From: Nitrososphaerales archaeon
Lineage (GTDB): Archaea > Thermoproteota > Nitrososphaeria > Conexivisphaerales > UBA164
Assembly (NCBI GenBank): GCA_023256355.1
Contig: JAGDXJ010000021.1
Coordinates: forward strand, 1,255-65,254
DNA length: 64,000 nt
Direction of reading: 5' to 3'
The notes beneath the pieces are model-generated. The model was not told the origin of the DNA. It ran no database searches and saw only the letters and a program-made list of their open reading frames with translations. The position numbers were made by a program, and so were the translations under genes. Shown in pieces: positions 36,960-47,873 of this stretch. Position 1 is the first letter of the stretch; every line of letters starts with the position of its first letter.

Positions 36960-38780
36960 TCATTCTACAGTGACAGATTTGGCAAGATTTCTGGGTTTAT
37001 CTGGATCTAAACCTTTAAGCACAGCAGTATAATAAGCGATAAGCTGTAATGGAAGGACGTATAATATTGGGGTTGCGACTTCATCGACTTCAGGCATATC
37101 GATATAAAAGTCTGAAACTTCTTTAAGCTCTTTATCTTCGCTAGTACCTAAAGCTATTATTTTTCCACCCCGAGATTTAATTTCCATGATGTTTCCAAGG
37201 ATAACCTTTCTTGAGTTGTCATTAGGAGCTATAAAAATAACCGGCGTATTTTTTTCAATAAGTGCGATAGGTCCATGTTTGCTTTCTCCTGCAGAAAAGG
37301 CGCTTGAAGGTATATAAGCTATTTCAAGCATCTTTAATCTTCCTTCAAAAGCAGTAGCGGTGTTTATTCCTCTGCCCAAATAAAATATATGTGTCGAATC
37401 TTTAAGCATGTCGGCTGCTTGTTTTGCCTTTTGATCTGTACTTTTTAATACAGATTCGGCAGCCTTAGGAATTGACCTTATTTTTGCATGATAATCGTTA
37501 TATTCGTTTTCATTAATCTTTTCTCTTTTCTTGCCTATTTCTAAAGCAAGAAGCAGATGTATTAAGAGCTGCGATGTATAAGTTTTAGTTGCTGCAACCC
37601 CGATTTCAGGTCCAGCTTGTTGGACTAAGTATAGTCGTGAAAGTCTTGTAATAGTTGAACTCACAACATTGGTTATGGACAAAACAGTGCTTGCTTTCAT
37701 TCTTGCATAGCTAGCTACTTTAAGCACGTCCGCTGTTTCTCCTGATTGAGACACTAGTAAAAGAGAAGTATCTGGATCTAGTGTGCTCCCGTACTGTTGT
37801 ATAAACTCGCTAGCTACAACTGGTATTGTGGCAAGGCCAGATATTTTCGAATACATATAGCTACCAGCTAAACACGAATGATAAGACGTTCCAGCTCCTA
37901 TTAAGAAATTAACTTTAGACCTGCTCATGAGTTCAGCTATTGCATACAAATATGGCCTTTGCAAGTTAATTGCATAATAAAGCGAAGTTGGCTGTTCAAA
38001 AATTTCTTTTAGCATATAGTGAGGATACCCTCCTTTTTCAATCATCTGTGGTTTTATGTCGATTTCCACAGGGTTCCTTAAAATTTCTTTTTCATTCTTT
38101 ATTGAATAAATTTTGTAATAATAAGGAGTTATAACTGCAAGCTCATAATCCTCCAGCGGTATCATCATGTTTGTTTTATCAACAAAAGCAACTGGATCTG
38201 ATGACGCAAAGTTACCATCTTTGCCTATTCCAAGGTAAAGTGGACTTTCCTTTTTTATCAGAACTATTTTATCTGGTTCTTTTGAATAGATTATGGCTAA
38301 AGCATAAGATCCCTCAACTCGTTTTATAGCTTTTAAACAGGCTTTAACAAGATCGTTTCCTTGTTTAATCTCTTCTTCAACAAGATGAGCAACAACTTCA
38401 GTATCTGTTCTGGATTTAAATTCATGACCATTTTCTGCTAACTTTTCTTTTAGTTCTAAAAAGTTATCTATAACGCCATTATGAACGACGGCTATTTCGC
38501 CGGTACAGTCAGTAAGAGGATGAGCGTTAGTGATAGAAGGGTAACCGTGTGTAGCCCATCTGTTGTGAGCTATTCCTACATTTCCATCTAAGCTTTCAAA
38601 GTTTACTATCCTGTCTACTTCGTCTATTTTACCAACTCCTTTTTTAATTTCTAAATTACCTTTATTAACAGTAGCCATACCGGCTGAATCATAACCCCCA
38701 TACTCCAGTCTTTTTAAACCGGTTTTTAATATAGGGCTAACTTTACCTTCCTTTAGGCAAGCCGCAAATATCCTGCACAC
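36960..38780 (-). CDS. glmS: Glutamine--fructose-6-phosphate aminotransferase
   Basis: N-terminal MC(R)I Ntn nucleophile, two SIS domains and C-terminal KSVTVE. Confidence 0.95.
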   Translation of the reverse strand: MCRIFAACLKEGKVSPILKTGLKRLEYGGYDSAGMATVNKGNLEIKKGVGKIDEVDRIVNFESLDGNVGIAHNRWATHGYPSITNAHPLTDCTGEIAVVHNGVIDNFLELKEKLAENGHEFKSRTDTEVVAHLVEEEIKQGNDLVKACLKAIKRVEGSYALAIIYSKEPDKIVLIKKESPLYLGIGKDGNFASSDPVAFVDKTNMMIPLEDYELAVITPYYYKIYSIKNEKEILRNPVEIDIKPQMIEKGGYPHYMLKEIFEQPTSLYYAINLQRPYLYAIAELMSRSKVNFLIGAGTSYHSCLAGSYMYSKISGLATIPVVASEFIQQYGSTLDPDTSLLLVSQSGETADVLKVASYARMKASTVLSITNVVSSTITRLSRLYLVQQAGPEIGVAATKTYTSQLLIHLLLALEIGKKREKINENEYNDYHAKIRSIPKAAESVLKSTDQKAKQAADMLKDSTHIFYLGRGINTATAFEGRLKMLEIAYIPSSAFSAGESKHGPIALIEKNTPVIFIAPNDNSRKVILGNIMEIKSRGGKIIALGTSEDKELKEVSDFYIDMPEVDEVATPILYVLPLQLIAYYTAVLKGLDPDKPRNLAKSVTVE

Positions 38781-38920
38781 ATTTAGAGTAAAAACGCTTT
38801 ATGTTTTTAAATATATTGTTTAGATATTTTTATTTTTAAGGATCGATAAAAAGACCTCTAGTTGCATATAGCAAGTTTTTAGATAACGAAAGTCTTTTTA
38901 AAAATACCGCTATAAATCAT

Positions 38921-39388
38921 TTAAGCTATTTTATACTTGCTGTTAGTAGTTAAAAACCCAGAATATACCCCCCATTCGTTAAGTATTAGCTCAAGCTTAT
39001 GTTTACCATCGCTTGAATTAAAATCCGCTATACCTTTTTTTAAAAGCGCTTTATTTAAACTTTCGATAGTGAACTCTTTTAGCTCTTTAGCAGTTTTGAA
39101 AGGCTCTATCCTATCCAGAGATTCTTTAATTATTTCTTTCCGTTTTTTAAAATTTGATTCGAGAAACTCTATCCCTTTATCAGTTATAATTATATCGCCA
39201 ACGCCTATAGTTACAAAACCAAGCTCGTTAGCCATGTAAACTATTGGCATAAAATCATCAAGATCAACTTCAAGCCTTTCTTCTAATTCAAAAAGATCAG
39301 TTTTTCCGCCAAATTCATTTTTTAAAACAAGCAGTAAGCCCAATAAATCAGCTACTCTTGTTGAAGGATGTATAACGCTATTGCTCAA
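38921..39388 (-). CDS. Stand-alone AAA-associated / winged-helix-like domain protein
   Basis: Resembles the C-terminal 'AAA-associated' domain of NitT/TauT-type ABC ATPases (LLGLL...GGK.DLF.L...L..D.D...P...A...LGF). This call comes from memory of the family. Confidence 0.4.
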   Translation of the reverse strand: MSNSVIHPSTRVADLLGLLLVLKNEFGGKTDLFELEERLEVDLDDFMPIVYMANELGFVTIGVGDIIITDKGIEFLESNFKKRKEIIKESLDRIEPFKTAKELKEFTIESLNKALLKKGIADFNSSDGKHKLELILNEWGVYSGFLTTNSKYKIA

Positions 39389-39532
39389 CTTTTTACATCT
39401 TTTGATACTAATAACTACTTTTAAAACATTATTATTTTTATTATCGTCACTTGGATAAATGGTAAAAATTAATGAAAACGTTTCAAATACACTAGCATTT
39501 TAACGAATTTTCGGCATGTACATATCGTCAGA

Positions 39533-39928
39533 TTACTGAGGGGGATATTTTTGCGAATATCTATAGTTTCTAGGTGTGCCAACCCTTGTCAAAACGCCCT
39601 CTCTGACCATATCAGTTAAAGCGTGGGCTATTGCAGACCTATCATAGTGGTAACCCCGTCTTTGTAACTCTTCATCGACTTCGTAAAGGTTCCTTTCCTG
39701 CGAAAACCATCCTTCCTTCCACAGCTGAACTAAGAGGTCTTTACAGGTCACACCTTTTCTTGTTGATTCTTTGTTGAATTCTTCTTGTTGTTGAATAGGT
39801 ATTGAAGACAATATTTTAGGTATAATCTCGTTAATTTTATCTTCAGGGCATTCAACCTCTATTTCCCAGTCTCCTTTCTTTAATTTTATCTTTATATTGT
39901 TGCTGTTGTTGTCCAAATTGCGCAACAT
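39533..39928 (-). CDS. Hypothetical protein with a C-terminal winged-HTH-like segment
   Basis: AIAHALTDMVREGVLTRVGTPRNYRY resembles a wHTH recognition helix plus wing. Divergent from nurA with only about 12 bp between the start codons. Confidence 0.4.
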   Translation of the reverse strand: MLRNLDNNSNNIKIKLKKGDWEIEVECPEDKINEIIPKILSSIPIQQQEEFNKESTRKGVTCKDLLVQLWKEGWFSQERNLYEVDEELQRRGYHYDRSAIAHALTDMVREGVLTRVGTPRNYRYSQKYPPQ

Positions 39929-39940
39929 TTATATTCTACC

Positions 39941-40975
39941 TTGGTTAACCTATTGTTGATCAAGTTGACCAAACAAATAAACCTTTCTAACACAACTAAG
40001 AATCTTTATGAGTATTTTGATGAATCTTTATTGTTTAGTTCATTATTGAACGACGTATTGGATATTTCAAAAATTAAGGGCAAACAGATAATTTTCACAG
40101 ATGACTCAAAAGGGGAATTTAGGCCTATCGAAGGTTGGGGTACTCCCGTTGCTGTCGACGCAAAAGAAATAGATATTTCAAAAGGAAAAGTACAAAACCT
40201 AGTAGCTGTTGATTCAAGTTCTATTTCTATAGCCGAAACAGAAGAAGGAGGTATTTATGCTGTAAAAGGCGGGGCATACATAATAAAAAATGGGGAAACC
40301 ATGCTAAGAAAGCTTGGCCCTATAGCTGTTTACATAGGTTTGAGCAATATAAAGAGTATAGAATCTATAATAGGCGGTAAGCTAGGTTATGGCATTGTTA
40401 TTGATAAGCAGCTTGCGTTAAAATTTGTAAGAAACGTAATCGAAAGTATGCTGTTCAAGATGCTAATAAACGAGATAGAGGAGGGAATAGCATTGATCGA
40501 TGGATCGTTAAAAGATCCTCCTTTTTTCTTAGGGAGGTTAAGCCTTGCATATATGATGGAAAAATACAAAGATAAAATTAACTTTATAGGAATAAGCAAA
40601 GGGACAAGTATTAAAGCTTTAAAAGCTTTTTATAGTTCATTTTTTGATGAAAAAAGGAAATTTATTGACATAACAGACCTTGTATACAGCATAACTAAAA
40701 ACGAGTTTGGTCATAAATATTTGGTAAAACTGGATGAAACTTCAGTTGTTCTCAGGGCAGACATATATTATAATGACCCCAATGAAAGTTTTGCAAGCCT
40801 TATCAGGTCAGACAAACTTGTAAAAGGTTATCCTGAAAGCCTAATAGGTGCTCATCTTCTGTCTTTGTTTGTCTCTAGCGAAGTACAAGGAATTAAAGCA
40901 CTGGTTGCTCAGAACGCTTCCAAAGTTCTTTATGAAGAAAACATGAGAAAATTTCTCCTAGGATATGTAAGGTGA
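39941..40975 (+). CDS. nurA: NurA-family 5'-3' nuclease
   Basis: NurA signature around IALIDGSL, size of about 340 aa and immediate coupling to a HerA-type ATPase. TTG start. Confidence 0.65.
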   Translation: MVNLLLIKLTKQINLSNTTKNLYEYFDESLLFSSLLNDVLDISKIKGKQIIFTDDSKGEFRPIEGWGTPVAVDAKEIDISKGKVQNLVAVDSSSISIAETEEGGIYAVKGGAYIIKNGETMLRKLGPIAVYIGLSNIKSIESIIGGKLGYGIVIDKQLALKFVRNVIESMLFKMLINEIEEGIALIDGSLKDPPFFLGRLSLAYMMEKYKDKINFIGISKGTSIKALKAFYSSFFDEKRKFIDITDLVYSITKNEFGHKYLVKLDETSVVLRADIYYNDPNESFASLIRSDKLVKGYPESLIGAHLLSLFVSSEVQGIKALVAQNASKVLYEENMRKFLLGYVR

Positions 40976-42450
40976 TATTTATGAGAATATTATCTAAATC
41001 TGGGGATGAAATTAAAATCATCGCCATGCCAAACGAAAAAGTTGATAGAGGAGAATACCTTCTGATAGAGGATGAAACTAGCGGAAATAAGATTTTGACC
41101 CAGATATATGAAGTAAGTTATTTAGATCCGACAGGTATAGACGAAGAAATTTTAAGAGATGAGGTTTTTTCATCAGAAAAAATAACTCACATTGATCCAA
41201 ACAACGTAAGCTCCCTTTTAACTATGATCAAGGATGCTAGATTACTTAAAGGAAAGATACGGGGCAGCATAGTAGACAGCAGATTTACAAACGAAATAAT
41301 TTGGTTGCCTAGCAGGGTCTTTAGCACGATTAAAAAAGTCAGCTTTTCTGAAATAAACAAATATCTTGCTAAAAATTTAAAGTTCCCGGTGGAGATCGGA
41401 ACTACATCACTTGGTGAAAAATTTTATGTTGACGCGTCAGATTTAGATGGATCTTTAACTATAATAACAGGCAAAAAAGAATCAGGCAAATCACATCTTG
41501 CAAAATTGCTTTTATCTGAACTAGTGAAACTCGGCGCATATGTATTTGTTTTCGACCTTAACAACGAATATAATGGAATGATGTACGACAAAAGCAACAA
41601 TTTTTCAGACATATATAATAGAATTGTTGTTCTTGAGCCAGGAAATAATTTGGTTTTTACTTTAAAATATATAGGAAAAAGAGTGTTTACAGAAATATTG
41701 ACTCATGCCCTAGATACGCCCGCTATAACTGTAAGAGAATTTCTTAAAATCTGGGATAGCATGAACGAAGAATCTGATGTTTCGATAAGAAATCTGTACA
41801 CGAAGATATTGGAATACAAAAATAATGAAATGGTGAAAGAAGCGTTAATTTCAAGGTATTACTCGATTGTTGCGTCTAAACTTTTTGCCAATTCTGAATA
41901 CGTTAACTTCGACATCAAAAACAATATATCCTTAAAGCCCAACGGTGCTGCATTCGTAATGGAAATGGCAAAGGTTTCACCCCTAGCTAGAAGGATGCTC
42001 GTGCAAATAATATTATCTAAGTTGATAAATTTGCTCGAAGAAAATCAGATACCTCCAGTTTTTATGTTTGCTGAAGAGGCACACCTATATTTTGATCAGA
42101 CTTATTGGGAAGACGCAATAACTAGAATGCGGCATTTTGGAATCTATGTTACATTTATAACAAATCAGCCTGATTCGCTGGATCCAACTGTCTACAGGCA
42201 GGCCGACAACATATTTCTCTTTAACTTTATAAATGAAAAAGATCTTGAAATGATATCTCAAGCTTCTACCGCAGATTCAGAAACCGTAAAAAATTTAGTA
42301 AGATCGCTACCACAGAAAAAATGTCTTGTAATAGGTAGGGTTGTAAACAACCTTCCATTTCTAGTTAGCGTTAAAGAAGTAAATTATAAAACTTTAGGTA
42401 CGACTAAGAGGTTTTTTGATATTAAAAAAGAAATTGAAAAAGTTAAATGA
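40972..42450 (+). CDS. herA: HerA-type (FtsK/HerA superfamily, DUF87) hexameric ATPase/helicase
   Basis: N-terminal HAS-barrel-like segment, Walker A GKKESGKSH, Walker B VFMFAEEAH. Overlaps the nurA stop. Confidence 0.75.
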   Translation: MIFMRILSKSGDEIKIIAMPNEKVDRGEYLLIEDETSGNKILTQIYEVSYLDPTGIDEEILRDEVFSSEKITHIDPNNVSSLLTMIKDARLLKGKIRGSIVDSRFTNEIIWLPSRVFSTIKKVSFSEINKYLAKNLKFPVEIGTTSLGEKFYVDASDLDGSLTIITGKKESGKSHLAKLLLSELVKLGAYVFVFDLNNEYNGMMYDKSNNFSDIYNRIVVLEPGNNLVFTLKYIGKRVFTEILTHALDTPAITVREFLKIWDSMNEESDVSIRNLYTKILEYKNNEMVKEALISRYYSIVASKLFANSEYVNFDIKNNISLKPNGAAFVMEMAKVSPLARRMLVQIILSKLINLLEENQIPPVFMFAEEAHLYFDQTYWEDAITRMRHFGIYVTFITNQPDSLDPTVYRQADNIFLFNFINEKDLEMISQASTADSETVKNLVRSLPQKKCLVIGRVVNNLPFLVSVKEVNYKTLGTTKRFFDIKKEIEKVK

Positions 42451-43498
42451 TCATCAATTCAGTAGAGGTGTCGAACAGTTTAAAAGGCTTATCCTGTACT
42501 ATTAAAGAGTCTTCAATCCTGACTCCTATATCATTTGGATAGTATAGACCTGGTTCTATCGTAACTGCTTGACCGCTTTTTATAGTGTCCTCGCTTCTGT
42601 ATGAGATTGCTGGTTTTTCATGTACTTCAAGGCCAACGCCATGTCCAAGCGAATGGTTAAAACGATCTTTGTCTTTTCCAAAAAAATCTCTTACAGCTAG
42701 ATCTATTTCTTTCGCTTTAACGCCTATTTTTAACATCTTTATACCTAGCTCTTGAGCTTCCTTAACCTTGTTATAGATTTCCCTATGATGATCGTTGACC
42801 CTTTTATAAAATATTGTTCTTGTAAAATCAACTACATAACCTTTATGCCTTAATGTTAGATCGAGTAAAATTGGATCACCTTCATTTAGCTTTTTATTGC
42901 TAGGAGGTGAGTAATGTGGAAAAGCTGTATTTTCTCCAAACGCAACTATTTCAGTCCCTATAGTGTCCTCGTATGGGATAACATCGCCATCAAGTTCAAT
43001 TATATTTTTAACTATCTTTGCGTAAAGTTCCTTTTCAGTCATGCCTCCTTTTATCATTTTTATCGATTTATCAAAAACTTTATCCATGATCCTGCCACCA
43101 TCCTTAAGTACCTCTATCTCATAATCGTCTTTTACTTCCCTCAACTTTTCAATCAAGTTAGATGTCTTTAAACTAATGTTTTTGGAAAGAGAAAGGTATG
43201 TCGAAACAAACGATTCATCTATACAGACTTTTTTTGCTTCAAAAAAGGTTTTAATACGATCAAGGTAATTTGCTGGATTGTAAGCTTCAACAGGAATCTT
43301 AGAATTTTTTGAAGCCCTGTCAAATTCCAAGCTTGAGACAAGCAGCTTTTGTTCCTCATCTTTTATCAGTGTTATACCAGCACCCCAAAAACCAGTCAGA
43401 TAAAAAATGTTAAAAGCTCTGGTAAGGACATACCCTTCACAATCGGAATTATGCATTTCATTTAGCAACTCATTTAATCTTTTATCGTATAAGTTCAT
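42443..43498 (-). CDS. pepQ: M24-family Xaa-Pro dipeptidase
   Basis: Creatinase-like N-domain plus pita-bread domain (HSLGHGVGLEVHE, TIEPGLY, IRIED). Confidence 0.85.
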   Translation of the reverse strand: MNLYDKRLNELLNEMHNSDCEGYVLTRAFNIFYLTGFWGAGITLIKDEEQKLLVSSLEFDRASKNSKIPVEAYNPANYLDRIKTFFEAKKVCIDESFVSTYLSLSKNISLKTSNLIEKLREVKDDYEIEVLKDGGRIMDKVFDKSIKMIKGGMTEKELYAKIVKNIIELDGDVIPYEDTIGTEIVAFGENTAFPHYSPPSNKKLNEGDPILLDLTLRHKGYVVDFTRTIFYKRVNDHHREIYNKVKEAQELGIKMLKIGVKAKEIDLAVRDFFGKDKDRFNHSLGHGVGLEVHEKPAISYRSEDTIKSGQAVTIEPGLYYPNDIGVRIEDSLIVQDKPFKLFDTSTELMII

Positions 43499-43773
43499 CG
43501 ATAAGCACCATCATTTAACTTGTAAAAATCAAAATATAAGGGTTTTAATTTTTGTTTCCCAAACATCATGGTAACAAATTTTTGGTGCTGTTAAACCGCC
43601 GATTAAACGTGCAAATATTTTAACATTAAGGAGCTTTGAGTAAAAGTTACTTTTATTAAGTTTTGGATATTGTCATTAAATAATCGCTCACATAACTAGC
43701 TAAATATAGATACTTTGTTTGATAAAGCTTTACATGTAGAACAGAAGAAAGTTTTATTTTATAAAAAGTGTTT

Positions 43774-45030
43774 TTAGAATTTTTGAGGCTCTATGTACTC
43801 TTGTCCGTTCATATAGTTCACTAATGGCTTTGGTATTTGGATTCTTCCATCTGGCAAATAATTGTTTTCCATTATGGCTATTAAAGCTCTTTCTGTAGCA
43901 ACGAGAGTAGAATTTAATGTATGTACGTATAAGGTTTCATTACCTTTTTTATACCTTATTTTAGCCCTTACAGCTTGCCATTCAAGAGTGTTAGAACATG
44001 AAACAGCTTCTCTATATTTATTCTGCCCAGGTAGCCAGACTTCCAAATCATATTTTTTGGCAGCCGGTGCCCCTAGTTCTCCTGAGCATACGTTAACAAC
44101 TCTGTAAGGAATCCCTAAACTTTGGAAGAATTCTTCTGCATTTTTTATCAATTCTTCGTGGTATTTCCATGAATCTTCAGGCTTACTGTATATAAACTGT
44201 TCAACTTTCTCAAATACGTGCACCCTAAATATTCCTTTAGTATCTCTTCCATGAGCACCCGCTTCTTTTCTAAAACATGGTGAGATGCCGATGTATTTTA
44301 AGGGCAAGCTCTTTTCATCTAAAATTTCATCATAATGATAACCCAAGATGGCATGTTCTGCAGTTGTCAAAAGGTATAAATCTTCATTTTCTATCTTATA
44401 TATAGCTTCTTCAAACGCAGAAATATCTACAGCGCTTTCTAAAATCGTCCGACGTAGCATATACGGAGGTTGCAATAACGTATAACCTCTTTTAATACCA
44501 AAATCAAGGCCATAGGATATAAGCGCATAATTTAATCTCGTAAGATCTCTTTTTAGATAATAAAATCTTGCACCGCTAGTTTTTGCTGCTCTTTCTACAT
44601 CAATCAAATCCAATTTTGTTCCTATTTCGATATGATCTGGTCCAACTTTTCCAGCTTCTCCCCACGTTCTGACTACCTGGTTGTATGACTCATCTGTACC
44701 TTCTGGCACGGAAGGGTCAACAAAATTTGGCATACGTAACTGAAGCTGATTGATTTCATCTTCTATCTCTGAAAGTTCTTTTTCTGCATTTTTTATTTTT
44801 TTATCCAGTTCTTTTAGCCTATCTCTATCAATTTCTTTGTTACCAGCTTTCATTTTCTTTGCAACATCTTCTTCTATGAGATTTTTTTCATGCCTAAGGT
44901 TGTTAATCTCTGAGATTAGCTTTCTTCTCTTTTCATCAAGTTCCAATAAGCGGTCTAACGGAAAGTCAGAATGTCTTTTTTTGAGGGATTCTCTGTATTC
45001 TTCAAGTCTATCTTTTATTATTCTTAACAA
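43774..45030 (-). CDS. serS: Serine--tRNA ligase
   Basis: N-terminal coiled coil and class II motifs (FRKEAG..GRDTKGIFRVH, GELGAPAAKKYDLEVW). Confidence 0.95.
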   Translation of the reverse strand: MLRIIKDRLEEYRESLKKRHSDFPLDRLLELDEKRRKLISEINNLRHEKNLIEEDVAKKMKAGNKEIDRDRLKELDKKIKNAEKELSEIEDEINQLQLRMPNFVDPSVPEGTDESYNQVVRTWGEAGKVGPDHIEIGTKLDLIDVERAAKTSGARFYYLKRDLTRLNYALISYGLDFGIKRGYTLLQPPYMLRRTILESAVDISAFEEAIYKIENEDLYLLTTAEHAILGYHYDEILDEKSLPLKYIGISPCFRKEAGAHGRDTKGIFRVHVFEKVEQFIYSKPEDSWKYHEELIKNAEEFFQSLGIPYRVVNVCSGELGAPAAKKYDLEVWLPGQNKYREAVSCSNTLEWQAVRAKIRYKKGNETLYVHTLNSTLVATERALIAIMENNYLPDGRIQIPKPLVNYMNGQEYIEPQKF

Positions 45031-45275
45031 TCATTGGCACCTCTTTCAACTGTTTTAGCCAGCTCTAATATTTCATCTAAAGCATTAAGCATCGACATAA
45101 CGCTTTCTTTATTGCTTTCGCTTATTATCTTCAGTACGCCATCTTCATATTTAACCTCCATCGTAACTCCTTTAGGAAAATTTACGTTATCCGGTTCAAT
45201 TGCTTTCTTAAAGCTAACTAAAAATTGTTCTTTATCTGCCAACTCGATTTCCACTTTTATCATGTTTATCAACAA
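45024..45275 (-). CDS. pcc1: KEOPS subunit Pcc1-like protein
   Basis: About 80 aa with the Pcc1/CTAG pattern (IEL...A..F..A..PD...........LKI...........NA..E.L). Confidence 0.5.
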   Translation of the reverse strand: MLINMIKVEIELADKEQFLVSFKKAIEPDNVNFPKGVTMEVKYEDGVLKIISESNKESVMSMLNALDEILELAKTVERGANDC

Positions 45276-45672
45276 ATAACATTATTGAAAGAAATTATAA
45301 ACTTTTACTTCTAAAAGATGAAAGACCAAGGTTTACTCTGTGTAAGAGCTTTGCTTAACTCGTGATTTCTCTTTTAGCGATTATAAAAATCAAGTATTGT
45401 TAAGTTTATTTTGATTAAAAGCGTTTAGAAAAATGTTATAAACGTAAAAACCAAGATTAAAATGAGCGCGCTTAAAAATTGTTAAATGTTGAAAAGTTAG
45501 ATGAGTTAAATTTCGAAAAAACATTTTATACATCAGGAAACTTTTATGTTAGATTAAAATTAAACACTGCAAAAGCAAACAATTTAATCAATTACATTAG
45601 ATTTTTATCAGCGTTTTTAAATACAAAACTAGCTAAGACTATTTATAATATCAAGTAGAGTGATTTTAACTT

Positions 45673-46911
45673 ATGTACATATTAAAGCTCATACCAATTG
45701 TCATCTTGGCAATCGTTTACTCGCTTATTATTAAAAGGCGCATATTCAACTACAACATAGAGATATGGGTTGCAATGGGTATTGGCGCTTTTTTGATGCT
45801 TGCAACTGGTTCTATAACACCGCTACAAGCTCTTTATTCCATCAACTTGCATGTAATTGCCTACTTAGTTGGAATGCTGATTATAGGCGCCGCGCTTTAC
45901 GAAAGCGGGTTTCTTGGGTATCTATTTAAAAGCCTTTTTGAAAAAGAACATAAATTTTCAAATCTCTTTTTTAAATTATTTATGTTGATCGGATTAGCTT
46001 CTTCAATCTTGATGAACGATACGATAGCTGTCATAATGACGCCTTTGATGGTTGATCTGGGCAAGAAACTCAAGTTAGATGAAAAGTTTCTTCTTCTATT
46101 GCTTGCTTTTGGGATAACAGTCGGTAGCGTTATGACTCCTATCGGCAACCCTCAAAACTTGATTATAGGTCTCCAAATGGACAATCCTTTTTATTATTTT
46201 GGAAAATATCTTATAATTCCCACCATAGTTAATTTGGTTCTATCTTTTTATTTGTTAAAAATGTTTTTTTATAAAAAAAGAGATTTTAAAATCGAAGTAA
46301 AAAATCTTGAATATGATATAAAGGACAAAGCTTTGGCATCCCGGTCTAAAATATCTCTTGTACTGTTGTTATTTTTGTCGTTTTTAAATGTGATATTATA
46401 CTTTATGTTCAGAATTACTTTTTCACTTGGATTGATAGCTTTATTATCAGCATTACCGGTGCTTTTTTCTAGCAGCATAAAAAAGGTCATAAAGAGATTT
46501 GACTGGAAAACCATTGCTTTCTTTGTTTTTATGTTTATAGTTATGCAAGGGGTTTTTGATTCAGGTTTCTTCCAGAGTTTTATTTTATCATTCTTAAAAA
46601 CGCCCGTTGAGATAATGTTCGCCAGCATAATTTTGAGCCAGTTTTTAAGTAACGTCCCATTTGTAGATCTTTTCATAAAGTTTGTAGCACATACTCCAGT
46701 AAATCTGGTGACTCTTGCAGCAGGCAGCACAATAGCGGGCAACTTTTTACTGCTTGGAGCTGCCAGCAACATCATAATAATACAGACAGCTGAAGCGCAT
46801 GGAGGAAAAGGGCTTTCATTTATAGACTTTGCTAAATACGGGACACTAATAACAGTTATCAACGCCGTGATTTATTTATTTTTTATATATATTTTCGCGT
46901 TTTTAGCTTGA
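45673..46911 (+). CDS. ArsB/NhaD-superfamily anion permease (citrate-transporter-like)
   Basis: Polytopic 412 aa protein with NDT and IGNPQN motifs typical of this permease superfamily. Confidence 0.65.
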   Translation: MYILKLIPIVILAIVYSLIIKRRIFNYNIEIWVAMGIGAFLMLATGSITPLQALYSINLHVIAYLVGMLIIGAALYESGFLGYLFKSLFEKEHKFSNLFFKLFMLIGLASSILMNDTIAVIMTPLMVDLGKKLKLDEKFLLLLLAFGITVGSVMTPIGNPQNLIIGLQMDNPFYYFGKYLIIPTIVNLVLSFYLLKMFFYKKRDFKIEVKNLEYDIKDKALASRSKISLVLLLFLSFLNVILYFMFRITFSLGLIALLSALPVLFSSSIKKVIKRFDWKTIAFFVFMFIVMQGVFDSGFFQSFILSFLKTPVEIMFASIILSQFLSNVPFVDLFIKFVAHTPVNLVTLAAGSTIAGNFLLLGAASNIIIIQTAEAHGGKGLSFIDFAKYGTLITVINAVIYLFFIYIFAFLA

Positions 46912-46980
46912 ATAGAAAAAAGCGACTATATTACTTAGTTATTTGAAAACGTTTTTATTAGATAAAACCTGCTTTATTTT

Positions 46981-47211
46981 ATGCCTCTTAAAAAAATAGG
47001 TGTTGTATCTCATTTAACGAAAAGCAATAACATTGTAATAAAAGCTGAAGAAATACCTGAAATAAACGAAACAGTCTACCTTAAAAATAAATCAGAAATA
47101 GGAAGGGTCATAGAAGTTTTTGGTCCTGTTTCTTCTCCATTTATCTTGGTTAAATATAACGGGAAAAATGCTGTCATAGAAGGAGAAGTAGTTTTTGTAG
47201 AAAGAAAATGA
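46981..47211 (+). CDS. gar1: H/ACA RNP subunit Gar1
   Basis: 76 aa with G.V.H......IVIKA...P.........IG.V.EVFGPV..P. Confidence 0.8.
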   Translation: MPLKKIGVVSHLTKSNNIVIKAEEIPEINETVYLKNKSEIGRVIEVFGPVSSPFILVKYNGKNAVIEGEVVFVERK

Positions 47212-47873
47212 AAGATACAAGGTTTATGAAAGAAAGCTACATAAAAGAAGTTCTAAAATTTATACCAGTAAAGAGAAAAATATTTGAGATAGGCGCCGGT
47301 TATGGAAATTTTACATTAGAGCTCGCAAAGATTTCAGAATATGTAAGGGCTTTCGAAATAAACGACGATCTTTACAGAATACTGTCAAAAAAACTATCAG
47401 GGCTAAATAATGTAACTATAATAAAAGGCGATGCCTTTGAGTATGTCCCGGATCTGGACGAAATAGTTTTTTCAGATTTACCATTCAGCAAATCGAGAGA
47501 ATTCTTATTTTGGATAGCTAAAAATGATATTAAAGAAATATACGCTGTAGTACAATCAGAGTTTTATGAAAAGCTTACAAGCAAACCCGGCACTAAAAAC
47601 TATACTGGAGTGTCAGTAATTTTTAATATGCTTTTTGAGGCAAAAAAGCTTCTCGAAATTCCGAGCGAAGCCTACATTCCTCCACCGCACATTCACGCAT
47701 ATTTTTTTATTGCAAAAAGGATAAAAAATTGTAAAATAGATGAGCAGCATTTAACAAATATTATAACTTACATGAGCAAAAGAAAATCGGCTTCAAAAAA
47801 TTTTTCACAAAAAAGGATATTTCAGCTTTCTCCGGAAGAGGTATTGAAAGATATTGGTATACAACCCTGCTGA
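47208..47873 (+). CDS. ksgA: rRNA adenine N6-dimethyltransferase family (KsgA/Dim1-like, short)
   Basis: SAM motif EIGAGYGNFT and DLPFS motif. Shorter than typical Dim1. Confidence 0.6.
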   Translation: MKDTRFMKESYIKEVLKFIPVKRKIFEIGAGYGNFTLELAKISEYVRAFEINDDLYRILSKKLSGLNNVTIIKGDAFEYVPDLDEIVFSDLPFSKSREFLFWIAKNDIKEIYAVVQSEFYEKLTSKPGTKNYTGVSVIFNMLFEAKKLLEIPSEAYIPPPHIHAYFFIAKRIKNCKIDEQHLTNIITYMSKRKSASKNFSQKRIFQLSPEEVLKDIGIQPC

